This document shows positions 1 to 11,500 of a stretch of DNA of 64,000 bases, in pieces. The notes under the pieces are model-generated. The model saw only the letters and a list, made by a program, of their open reading frames with translations, was not told the origin of the DNA and searched no databases. Position numbers and translations under genes: made by a program. Position 1 is the first letter of the stretch; each line of letters opens with the position of its first letter. Source of the stretch: Gekko japonicus (lineage: Eukaryota); contig NW_015177041.1 of NCBI RefSeq assembly GCF_001447785.1, forward strand, positions 159,916-223,915. Reading direction: 5' to 3'.

Positions 1-389
1 GAAGAGGCAGAAAAGGGTGCAGGACCCGCCAGAGTGGTATACGATTTTAGAGACAGAAAGCCGAAGTAAAGGCAGAAGGACTTGGAAAATGGCCTTTTGA
101 AGCGAAGAATAAGAAGATGATCAGAGATTTCTCTCATAACAACTAATAAAATAACATATAAATAGTGAATTGTTATAAGCAAGAACTCTACAAGTATATT
201 GTGACATTAACACTTATGGTACTAACATTTTTACTAACAGTGAAAAGATCTCCTCTTGGGGTTTTAGTTTAGTGTGGTTTGCTTTCCTTTATCCTTAGTT
301 GTAGTCCCTTTCCTAATATTTCTTTGTAGCTTTTGTAGTATTTGCAAAATAAAAAATATCCCTCCGGGGATTTTAAAAAAAGAAAAGAA

Positions 390-860
390 AACCTCCCAAG
401 GAGGAGAGCCCACCACCTCCTGAGGAAGCCTGTTCCACTGAGGAACCCCTCTAACTGTCAGGACGTTCTTCCTAATGTTTAGCCGAACTCTTTTGATTTA
501 ATTTCAACCCGTTGGTTCTGGTCCGACCTTCTGGGGCAACAGAAAACAGCTCTGTACCATCCTCTACATGAGAGCCCTTCAAGTCCTTGAAGATGGTTAT
601 CATATCACCTCTCAGCCATCTCCTCTCCAGGCTCCTCTCTCAGTCATCTCCTCCCAATTTAGTATCATCTGAAAATTTAATGAGCATTCCCTCTATTCTT
701 TTATCCAAATCACTTCAGACACTCCACTGGTCACTGCTCTCCAAGAAGATGAGGAACACCATCCACAAGCACTCTTTGGGTGCGATGGGTCAACCAGTTA
801 CAGATCCACCTAACAGTCATAGGATCCAAACAACATTTTTCCAATTTGCCTGCCGTGCCA
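390..860 (-). mobile_element. CR1 LINE fragments
   Basis: Typical CR1 3' region. The minus-strand translation LEKCCLDPMTVRWICNWLTHRTQRVLVDG is CR1 reverse transcriptase-like. Confidence 0.8.
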
Positions 861-1498
861 GGCAAAACTTGGGCAGAGCCGGACCCAAAGGTGTCTTGAG
901 CCTGGGGCTGAATCCTTGAGGCCTGTGCCTTGTGCTGCTGCAGCCCAGGACAGAACAGCGCTCCGTGCACAGCACAGGTGCCCCAGGCAAGCCAGCCGCG
1001 TGTCTCTGTGTGCGTGCGTGTTCAGGAGGCATTTCCCTCACCTTTTGGAGGTCCTCCCATTGACAGATGTCAGAACCAGCTGGGATATTCATCTAAGGCA
1101 GGTATGTCCAACAGGTAGATCGCAATCTACCAGTAGATCGCGGAGGGGTCAGAGGTAGATCACCAGCCCCACTTGGTCTCCTGGTTTACTGGACAGGTGT
1201 TTGGGATTCCCTGAGACTGGCCCTCACGCAATATTCACCCAACTTCAAAAAGCTGGTGGATGAAATGCAGGCTCAGGCGTCTCACTAATGAACAAGAACG
1301 AAGTTTTAAAGATTGCGCAAGACCAGCCTGGATCAATACTTGACCTACATTTAACACGAATAACTCTGATTAAAAGTTAAAGAAAGTTATTGAGACAGTT
1401 AAAGAAAGTTATAACTTAATAAAAAACAAAAAATGTTTGCAGTTCTTTCTGGATCTTCGTCTCTCTGTTTTGTTTTTGCTTATTTTGCTTACCAGTAA

Positions 1499-1848
1499 AG
1501 GAGCTGCGGTGGCTCAAGTGGTTAAGATGCTGAACTGCAGGCTGTGGAAGGTTGGTAGTTCAGCAGTTCGAGACCTGAGTGTGCTGCATGACGGAGTGAG
1601 CTCCCGTCTCTAGTTCCAGCTCCTGCCAACCTAGCAGTTCGAAAGCAAGAAATTGCAAGTAGATAAATAGGTGCCACTTCGGTGGGAAGGTAACAGCGTT
1701 CTGTGCGCCTTGGGGTCTAGTCATGCCAGCCACATGACCACAGGGAAGTCTTCAGACAGCGCTGGCTCTTCGGCTTTGAAACGGAGATGAGCACCGCAAC
1801 CCTAGAGTCGGATTTGACTGGCTTTCGAGCAAGGGAACCTTTACCTTT
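1499..1848 (+). mobile_element. Sauria SINE (Squam1), near full length
   Basis: tRNA-like head GGAGCTGCGGTGGCTCAAGTGGTTAAG, conserved core GCCAACCTAGCAGTTCGAAAGC and (ACCTTT)n tail. Confidence 0.85.
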
Positions 1849-3379
1849 AAATGACAGAAGGTGCATTATAAATGGGGGGGGGGCCCTGGTGGAACCCAAC
1901 TTTAGTGGGTTAAAATCTAAGTTGAAAATTTATTTTCATGGTGGTACACCACCGGCACTTTTGTCCGGAAAAAAAAGATCACTACCTGTTCGAAGTTGGA
2001 CATGCCTGATCTAAGGGAGCAAAGACAACCACCATCTCCCTTCCTTTGCCAACAATGAAGGTCCTGTTCTTTCACCCCAAGTCAGTAGCAACCCACAACA
2101 GCCCAGTGTGGGGAGGCCAAGATGGTTCTTTTGACTGAGATTGCTTATGGCCCACCTCTCTAGTGGAGACTCAAGGCAGATTACAGAGTAAAGAGGGGGG
2201 TGGGGGAATGGGATGTGATAAGACATCTAGCCAGTAATGCAGCATGTCATGGTGGAGCATCGCTGGAAAGGCGGCTGCACAGATATGTGGCTTCCAGGCC
2301 ATGGAGGGCTTTACCAGTGATAATCAGGCCTTTGCTGGGAAGCTGGTAATGGATTGGCAGCCATTGCCAATGGCATGACTGCAGGGTGAGTGCAGCATGC
2401 ATGTCCTGCTTAGCATCCCCAAGTAGCCAAGCTGGTGCATTCTGAGCCAACCAGAGTTCCCAAGTTGACTTTAAGGGATTGCAAGGAGTCTAGCCTTGAG
2501 GTAATCCCAGCACAGAAGCACAGGGCCACATCAGCTGAGTCAAGGTAGGCTAAATTAAGCGAGTAGAGTGCTTCTTTTGTGGTGGCATTAGGTTCCTTCT
2601 TCAGCTGCAGTGTGCAATGAGCTATTTCTCTTCATGTTCCAGAGTCCCATGGAACATGAGGAATGTGTCTTTTCTTTTACCCAGGAAACGCAGGCCTCCC
2701 CCAGGATTTTGTCATTTGGGGGGGCATGTAAATAAACCAGGGGGCACCGATGTCACAAAATAAAATTTTAAAAACCTCACTTCTGCAGCATTCACACTCC
2801 GCTTGCCTAAGTGGGGAGGCAAGTCGCACTTGGGGAAGAGGTGGTGGTGGGGAGTCTTCTGGGCCGCCCAGAGAGCTGGGGTGGGGGCCTTGGCAGGAAA
2901 TTGGGGGGAGGCCCCAAAATGCCCCACTGTAGCTACGGGCCTGGTCTCCCCCCACTCCCCCCTTAGAATTCCTTGGGCTTACCACCCAGACAAAAACAGC
3001 TTCTAGAGGAGATTCAAACAGTGCCTGCTGGCTACCAAGCCCCGGTGGAAAAGGTCTCTGGCAGAATCTCCACTTTTCCTCCTGGAATTGCAAAACCCCT
3101 CGATCAGGATCATGTCCAACTGGGCAGGCCTCCTAAAGCCCAGGGCTTCCCGGTGCTGTCAGGGTGCTCCAAACCCAAATCTTCGCGGTTTTCACAGGGC
3201 GACACCTGAACTCCATCCCCAAATCCAGGGCTTGGTGGTGTCGCTCCTGGGCGAAGCTGCAGAGATCCAAGAGCCGGATGCCAGCGACTTTTGCAAGGGG
3301 GGCATCCCCCGTTATTTCATGGGGCAACTTGAGAGCAGAGGCAGGCGATGACGCAGATCACACAGCGGGCCCCCTCCCC

Positions 3380-4142
3380 CCAGGTCCGGACTGCTAGGCC
3401 ACCACTGCTCGGCAAGGGGCCGACGGGGGAAAGGGCACCGAACACCAGGCGCCCGGCTCGCGCGCTCTACTCCGGGGGCGCTTCCCGAGCTGGGCCCCTT
3501 CGGGCAGGGCGAAGGCCCAAGCGCCCAGGGGCAGGCCCTTCCTCCGGCCGGGCCTTAAAGGTGCGAGGCCGGCAGGAAGCGGCCCCTGCCCCGCGGAGCT
3601 TGCGCGCAGCGGGCCGATGGAACTGCGCCTGCGGAACGCGGCCTTTTGGGCCAGCCTGCCCCGACGGCGCGGACCTGCCTCGGCCCTGAACGGCGACCGC
3701 TCGCCTGCAGGTGGGGCCGCGCCCAGCGACCCTGGGGCCTCGGGACCCGTGCAGCCGGGGGGTGGGGGTGGCCCCGAGCCCAAGCTCCTGAGTCTCCGGG
3801 CAGCCCCGGGCCCCTCTGCTGCCCTCGGCGGCCGGGCGGGCGGGGAAGGGGGCGAGAGGAGCTTGAGGGCCCCCTTGGCCGGCGCCCGGCCCCGAGGTTG
3901 CCTCCGCGAGCCCAGCCTGCCGTCGGGAAGAGGCGCGCCCCTCGCCCAGCGACGCCGCCCAGGTACGTAAGGCGGCGGCCGAGCCTCGCCGGCGGGGTCT
4001 CCTCTTGGCTGGGAGCTGCCTCTGCCCCGGAGCCTCCCCCCTCCGACCCGCCTCCTCCTCTCCCGTCCCAACAGGGCCCCCCGCCGGAGGAGCGTGCCGG
4101 CCCGGAGGGCGCCCCCAGGCCCGCCGGCCGGCGGGGAAGGGG
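3380..4142. promoter_or_regulatory. CpG island over FOXR1 5' end
   Basis: High CpG density around the ATG at 3617. Confidence 0.75.
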
Positions 4143-5468
4143 NNNNNNNNNNNNNNNNNNNNNNNNNNNNNNNNNNNNNNNNNNNNNNNNNNNNNNNNNN
4201 NNNNNNNNNNNNNNNNNNNNNNNNNNNNNNNNNNNNNNNNNNNNNNNNNNNNNNNNNNNNNNNNNNNNNNNNNNNNNNNNNNNNNNNNNNNNNNNNNNNN
4301 NNNNNNNNNNNNNNNNNNNNNNNNNNNNNNNNNNNNNNNNNNNNNNNNNNNNNNNNNNNNNNNNNNNNNNNNNNNNNNNNNNNNNNNNNNNNNNNNNNNN
4401 NNNNNNNNNNNNNNNNNNNNNNNNNNNNNNNNNNNNNNNNNNNNNNNNNNNNNNNNNNNNNNNNNNNNNNNNNNNNNNNNNNNNNNNNNNNNNNNNNNNN
4501 NNNNNNNNNNNNNNNNNNNNNNNNNNNNNNNNNNNNNNNNNNNNNNNNNNNNNNNNNNNNNNNNNNNNNNNNNNNNNNNNNNNNNNNNNNNNNNNNNNNN
4601 NNNNNNNNNNNNNNNNNNNNNNNNNNNNNNNNNNNNNNNNNNNNNNNNNNNNNNNNNNNNNNNNNNNNNNNNNNNNNNNNNNNNNNNNNNNNNNNNNNNN
4701 NNNNNNNNNNNNNNNNNNNNNNNNNNNNNNNNNNNNNNNNNNNNNNNNNNNNNNNNNNNNNNNNNNNNNNNNNNNNNNNNNNNNNNNNNNNNNNNNNNNN
4801 NNNNNNNNNNNNNNNNNNNNNNNNNNNNNNNNNNNNNNNNNNNNNNNNNNNNNNNNNNNNNNNCAGGAGCTTTGCCAGTGAGCTCCCGCTCTGGTCTCTC
4901 TTCCCTTCCCGGCAGGCACCACTTCCCCTTCTTCCGCACGGCTCCTGAGGGCTGGAAGAACACCATCCGCCACAACCTGTGCTTCAGCAGCAGCTTCCAG
5001 AAGACCGCAGAGTTTGTGTGCCTCGAAGGGAACCGCAAGTCCCGCCTGTGGAAGCTGACCCCCGAGGGGCGCCGCAAGCTCCGGGAGGAGGTGCAGGCCC
5101 TGTCTGAGGCCCAGCGGGGACTGCTGCACCAGAGCATGGACAGCCCAGGTAGGCAGGCAGGCAGGCAGGCAGGGAGCCTCTCGCGTCCAAAGGCAGGGGA
5201 GGGGGAAGGAGGCGAGCCTCTGAGGGGCTTGAACCACCAGGGGACCCGAGTCACAACTCCCCTGGGAGGTAGGCCAGGCAGCAAGCTCCCACGGCAGAGT
5301 GGGCATCTGAACCTGGATTTCCCAGAGGCCCAGTCCCGCCACCAAAGGGACCTGCCTTCAAGGAAGGGGCCCTCTCCAGGCCGAGGGGCATCCCTGACTC
5401 AGGGCCCTCTTCTGTTCTCTTTGCCCCCCCTCCTCCCAGAACTGATGAGGTCTCTCTTTGGGCTTTGA
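3617..5468 (+). CDS. FOXR1: Forkhead box R1 (FoxN5/FOXR1); middle exons fall in the N-gap 4143-4863
   Basis: ATG at 3617 gives MELRLRNAAFWASL, similar to the FoxR-family N-terminus (human FOXR2 MDLKLKDCEFWYSL). The first donor is uncertain (after 3710 or after 3962). Exon 4916-5148 encodes the forkhead C-terminal half HHFPFFRTAPEGWKNTIRHNLCF...LWKLTPEG. The last exon 5440-5468 encodes ELMRSLFGL* (human DVMPFLFDL*). AG/GT sites are canonical and the position upstream of CENATAC is syntenic. Confidence 0.9.
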
Positions 5469-6327
5469 TCCTGCCCCCACTCGTTCCCCGTGGGAATACG
5501 GAGGATGCGGACTCCTCCGCCAGGACAGGAAGAAGAGCCTCTGCTTGAGAAGAGCCAGGAGGAGCAGAGCCCACAGCTGGCCTCCTCCCGAGTGAGATAC
5601 TTTGCTTCCCGAGTGAGATACTTCGGGGAGCAAAGAACACGGTGTTGGTGTTTTCAGCTGCAGGATGCAAGGCTGCTGCATCACTGCCCATGCAGTGCTC
5701 TGTCTTCTGCAGGATGAGGAGGAGGGGTGGGCAACCACGGGACGTGGCCAGGAGGTTCCTGCTCGTTGTTGCTCCTGCAGGCAGCCTGGGAGCCGGTGGT
5801 GGGGTAGGTGGTGGTGGTGGTGGGGGCTTCTTGACCATGTTCTGTTTGAAGGTCCTTTGAAGTAAAAATGTGCAGTGAGCTCTGTGTGTGTGTGGCCTTT
5901 CCCCCCCAGAGTGTTCAGGGAATAAACCCAGATCGGCACCAGAAGTACTTTCAAATCCCAGCCACTGGGCCCCTTTTCACACTCCAGTGTGGTTCTTTTT
6001 ACCCCGCCAGGGTCTCAGACCCAACAGAAGAAGAGGGGGTTGCTCAGCTGCAGTTCTCTCATTTTAGTGGCCTTATTCCCCCCACCCCCCGCAGTCACGT
6101 TTCCTTTAATGGGAAGCTATAGACTGCTTGTGGGGGCTCCCCTCCACTTGACTCTGAGGGCACCCCGTGGGAGCAAGCTGACCCGCAAAGAGACGAGTGA
6201 CAAGAGTGCCGATTGGGGGAAATGGGAGATGGCGGAAGACCCCATTGGATATGAGGGGAGCCGGGCATGCCAGCTGACTTGCACGGGCTTCAGTGAAACA
6301 CACGGGAGCAGATTATTTCTCATGGGC

Positions 6328-6935
6328 ATCCTTAAGCAACTCCTCAGCCACAATAATACAACATCTAACTTGAACATGGACACTGGTACTCGAGCTAAAC
6401 CCAGATGCCAACATTGCTGCCACAGACGCCCAGACAACACAGTCACTGGACCCGACAACATCAACACCACCACCTCAGGAACATTCACTTGCACCTCTTC
6501 TAAGTGTGCATATGCCACTAAATGCCAACAGTGCCCTTCAGTTCTCTGTATAGAACAAACAGGTCAAACCCTACACCAAAGGATAAATGGACACAAATCT
6601 GACATCAAGAATCACAAAACTGAGAAACCTGTAGGAGAACATTTTAGCCTCCTGGGGCACTCAGTGGGGTAGCTGTTTTATTGCAAAGGAATTTCAGAAA
6701 CAGACTGGAAGGGGAGACCGCTGAATCAGACGTTATTACAGAATTTCACAGGATGGGCGGGATACAAGTATGAAAAATAAATAAATACATGTAGGACAAT
6801 GGATGCCCCCCCTGGGCTTAACAGAGATATTGGTTTCTTACTACGCTAGATCACTCAGTTCTCACTTATACCCAGAATGAAACATTGTTGTTCTTAAAAG
6901 TGCCAGCGGGCTCAAACTTCCTTCTCACATCTGTT
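6328..6935 (+). mobile_element. Penelope-like element, degenerate GIY-YIG endonuclease end plus pLTR remnant
   Basis: Translation KPRCQHC..GTFTCTSSKCAYATKCQQCPSVLCIEQTGQTLHQRINGHKSDIKNHKTEKPVGEHFSL matches the Penelope GIY-YIG domain pattern. Confidence 0.85.
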
Positions 6936-8585
6936 TGTTATCTGTGTGCCAATTTGCTGCTGTCCACAAGTCTTCTTGCTCAGTTACTTCTGCACCTGGA
7001 CTCTGAGCAGCCCTTCGCGGCAACTAAACCCCCCCCCCCCCCCTCACAGGCAATGGCTGAGGAAGCCTTGTTTCCAGGTCTCTGAGGAAGTGCGCATGCC
7101 CACGAAAAGCCTGTCCCCCCCCAGAACGGCACTCGGAGGTGCCCCATCCNNNNNNNNNNNNNNNNNNNNNNNNNNNNNNNNNNNNNNNNNNNNNNNNNNN
7201 NNNNNNNNNNNNNNNNNNNNNNNNNNNNNNNNNNNNNNNNNNNNNNNNNNNNNNNNNNNNNNNNNNNNNNNNNNNNNNNNNNNNNNNNNNNNNNNNNNNN
7301 NNNNNNNNNNNNNNNNNNNNNNNNNNNNNNNNNNNNNNNNNNNNNNNNNNNNNNNNNNNNNNNNNNNNNNNNNNNNNNNNNNNNNNNNNNNNNNNNNNNN
7401 NNNNNNNNNNNNNNNNNNNNNNNNNNNNNNNNNNNNNNNNNNNNNNNNNNNNNNNNNNNNNNNNNNNNNNNNNNNNNNNNNNNNNNNNNNNNNNNNNNNN
7501 NNNNNNNNNNNNNNNNNNNNNNNNNNNNNNNNNNNNNNNNNNNNNNNNNNNNNNNNNNNNNNNNNNNNNNNNNNNNNNNNNNNNNNNNNNNNNNNNNNNN
7601 NNNNNNNNNNNNNNNNNNNNNNNNNNNNNNNNNNNNNNNNNNNNNNNNNNNNNNNNNNNNNNNNNNNNNNNNNNNNNNNNNNNNNNNGAGGGGGGAGGGA
7701 GCCCGAGCTTGGATCTCGGGGGTGGGGGTGGGGGTGGGCTCCCCTGGTGGTTGGAGACCCGCTTAATGAGGGGGGAGAAAAGTAAGAGCCCACCTCTTGT
7801 AAGTAGATACAATGATGATACCTGCCACGAAAGTCAACACCACTCAGGGCAGGAATATTGGCTTGATCCGGCAGATGGGATGGAGCCTTAGAGGTCAAAA
7901 GGTTATCGTGGAGGGAAAAAGGTAACCAACCGTGCTATGGCCTGGGACGGAACCATCCCTGATTGAATCACCCCAGAGACTGCCTGGGCTCCTCCGACCA
8001 CAAGAACAGTAGCCTGCCAGGACTCTGAAAGTAACCCATCTGGTGGTAATGGCATGGAAATAGCCTGTCAAAGGGAGTGGCATATGCCCTTTAACCAGAG
8101 CTGAGGCGTCTGGAGTCTTGTCTTGCTGCCGCTGGAATCACAGATGAAGTAGAGCTGATCACTAGGCTCGTGGTCTGTTCATCCATGGAACCCCCACTAT
8201 TTAACAGACAGTGGGGAGCGGTTGCTGATGGGTGCCTCAGGATGGCCTTTGTCTGTATTCCCAGCCAGGCGCCTGGTCCCCAGGCTCTTCTGCTTTCACT
8301 GCAGTTTGGGAAGGTCATCCATCCTAACTGGATCTGGAAGAGGGCCACTCAGGACCCTTCAGGGGTGTCAGGCTGGCGACAGGGGATGAATGTTGTCCCA
8401 TCCGTGACTCACCTTTCAGTAAAGCCATTTCTGAGATCCATTCCAACAACTAATTTAGTATATTTTACTACATTTCTATCTCACTTTTCTCCCCAATGGG
8501 GATACAAAGTGAACACCTGAAGGTGCCTCATACCAAATCAGTATGTGCAGCTAAAGCAGTCTTCTGGTCGGTCTTCTTTTTCAAG

Positions 8586-11500
8586 CCCTGAACACAAGAA
8601 AGCAGTTGGTACGTTCTGGTGGGAGAACAAAGCAAACCCCAACCTGAAGTGCCAGTTCCTGATTTCTTCTGAGGATTATGAGCTGTGAGTAGACCCCTTC
8701 GTCAGCAGCGTGATGGTTGCTGCGTGGCAGTTCCTTTGCTAGCTCAAACTGCAGCTCTTGGCCAGAAGGAGCTTGTCTGAAAGCAAGCACGGGTGTGTCT
8801 CGGCTGCTCTACTTACGGTGCACCCAGGCTGGCAGGACTCATGTGGAGCGAGGCAGGGTAAGGGGGGGGGGGGGGGGGCCCCCCCGCCCCTAGCCTCTTG
8901 CACCTGTCCTTTCCGCCATGCCAGGGGCTCCAAGAAGAACTTGCCTTGTTCAGAGACCAGCAGTATTGCCGCCCTGCATGGTGTACAGTAGAGACTGCAG
9001 AAGTCCTGGGTCTTTGTAGCACCACAAACCCATGCCTTGGATTTTATTCCAGCTTCAAGACGTCCCTCACCAAAGCGCTGGATGCTTACGAAGAAAGCAA
9101 GGATGGAGTCATTCAGCAGGCGAGTGTGATGCTGGGAAGGGCGAGAGCAGGGCCCCTGGGGTGCTCTTTTGTCTCGTGGTCTGATGGTGTCTTCTGCCCT
9201 CTCTAATTACAGATGGCCGCTCATATCCGAAAGGTGGAACAGAGCCGACAGGAAGTGGTGCAGGCCATCTTAGAGGTTTGTGTGCCCAGGATGCCAGGGG
9301 GCAGTATCCACTATCGTAGTCACAGTCCTACTTGTGGCCTCCCTCCCCGTTTGTCTGTCTGTTCCTCGGCTGGCGACCTCACCTCGTGTGTTGGCTAGAA
9401 GGTGTCCAGTGTGAACCCAGCCCCACCCACCTGAGGGATCTCACTTGGCTTCCTGCCTGTGGCCTTTCTGGCCCCTCCCCATGGGGGAGCTCTTCAGGCT
9501 GACAGAGAGAGGACAGGCCTCAATGTAAGCGGGCCCCTTTGGGCAGTGCTCTGTGGCTCTCAGATGGCTCGTAGAACCATTGATGGTGTGGATTAAATGT
9601 CTCTTCCCTCAGTGTAGGTCTTTTGCTTTGTTGACAAACACCAGAACTGCCCAGCTAAGTAACTCTCCTTCCCATGCTGCCCAGACCCATCACGTCAGGA
9701 TGGATGGATGGCGTGTGTGCACGCGCCTCTGCTTAAGGGGATTGGGCTGTTTTGGGGATCACTCCTGCCTTTCTTATTGTGAGGGGTTGTACTCGGTGTA
9801 CTCTTTTTTGCTGGGACCTGGTGGAATCCCTTCCTGCAAACTTGACTCCTGTTTCTTGGAACAAGCATTTGTTTTTCCTGAATCAAACTCAGCCACAGAC
9901 GGAGACAGAGCTGTGCCAGGGAGTTGCTGTTGTCAAGACCTGTACAAGTACCCAAAGGTAAGAGGCTTATTTCAGGTGGTTAGCTGTGGCATTGCCTTCA
10001 ACACCTTGATGCTACCAGACACCAGCAGTAGTAGTTTTCTGCTCCTTTCTGGACAAGATGGGTCTTTGTAATGCCAGCTAGCCCCAAGCTGGGTTGAGAT
10101 TCTCCTGTGCTCCAGTGACTTCTCCTGTGTTCCAGTGACTTCTCCCTTGCCGTGGAAGACAGTGCACAACCAGGCCCAAGCAGGAGTGCCACCTCTGCCA
10201 GAGAACAGCTTGAATCTCCGTGTAGTAACATGCCTGAGCTAGATTGGCAGGAAGCAAGGCAGTCCTTAACGTTTATTGGCCACCAGGTAAGTGCGGCCAG
10301 AATCCTGCAGACGCTTCAAGTCCCTGTAGCATGAATGGCACTTGACCCCAGGAGCTAGTTTGCAGTGTTGTCTCTTAATTCATTAAGGAAGTGACACTAG
10401 AGCAGGGATGTTCTACCTGCAGCCTGCTTCTCTTTGGGAAATGGCATTGCACAAATGATTAGCAGAACGGTACTCTGACTGAAGCATGCACATGCTGTCT
10501 TGATTTGCAGCTGCCTCTGTATTATGCCTGCCAGCTTCTCTGATTTTTCACTTTTTTTGAAATACAGGAAACAAAAGGGACAGGCAATGTGCATACAGGT
10601 ATGTCTGAAGATTTGCTCGTTTTTCTTACTGCCTGAAAAAATTCTGAACATATTTTAAACCAGTGGGTATCTCTAGATGTTTAGTGCCAGCGCCTGGTTG
10701 AAACTGAATCCTGACAGCAGACCCTTAGAGCCCTGGGGTTGCACTGGACCCGGCATTATGGCTGGAGGAGCAAGCTAGCGCAGCTACCACAAAGGGGGGG
10801 AAAAAGGCCCTTCAGATCAGCTTGGAATGTCCCGTTGGTGCAGAACACTACCACAGTAAAGTTACACACATCACAGACATTTTACACTCCCTCTGTTGGT
10901 TACTGATTAGTTACTGGGTTCATTTCAGTGTTCTGGGTGTCACCTGCAATGCTTTCGGAAGGTACTACCCTGCCAATGTGGAACTGTCTGTCTTGGGAGC
11001 TCAGGAAGGCATTTTTATCAAGGCAGTAAAAATGAAGCATAATAGAACATCTCAGGAGGTTGCTCTTGCAAAGGAACAGGAAGGATGATAGTTTATTGTG
11101 TATATCACCTTTTTACTACACTATTTTCTACTTCTGTTGACCCACCTGCTTTCTGCATTATGGTATGTTGTGCCTTAGACAATTTTTGTCGGCCTTGTTC
11201 TTCAGTTTTGTAATTCAAGTCCTATTGCCGGTTGGTGTAGTGGTTAAGTGCGCGGACTCTAATCTGGGAGAACCGGGTTTGATTCCCCACTACTCCTGGC
11301 TGGCTGATCTTGGGCAAGCCGTAGTTCTGACAAGAGCTGTCCTTGAAAAAGAGCCGTTTCTGTCAAGAGCTCTCTCGGCCCCACCTGCCTCACAGGGTGT
11401 CTGTTGCGGGGAGGGGAAGGGGTTTGTAAGCCGCTCTGAGACACCTTTGGGTAGTGAACAGCGGGGTATAAATCCACTCTCTTCTTTATGCCATCTGATT

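Noticed and set aside
1-3380. UPK2 exons expected upstream of FOXR1 by synteny
   Set aside because: No recognisable uroplakin-2 coding sequence was found; the region is mostly repeat fragments.
3394-5468. Long ORFs (400-600 aa) in the track spanning N runs, also at 15431-16996, 24112-25437, 44963-46026 and 57342-58925
   Set aside because: Their length comes from X translation of gaps and from stop-poor GC-rich CpG islands.
5586-5623. 21-bp tandem duplication in the FOXR1 3' region (and a 23-bp one at about 1375-1411)
   Set aside because: These are ordinary slippage duplicates of two units with no spacers, so they are not CRISPR-like and have no evident function.
8086-8100. CCCTTTAACCAGAG as a U12 branch site/acceptor in an upstream CENATAC intron
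   Set aside because: The spacing to the AG is too short and no matching U12 donor is visible, although one could lie in the gap.
11231-11295. tRNA gene-like A/B boxes (also at 1499 and 39760-39825)
   Set aside because: These are SINE heads followed by SINE bodies and tails, with no complete cloverleaf.
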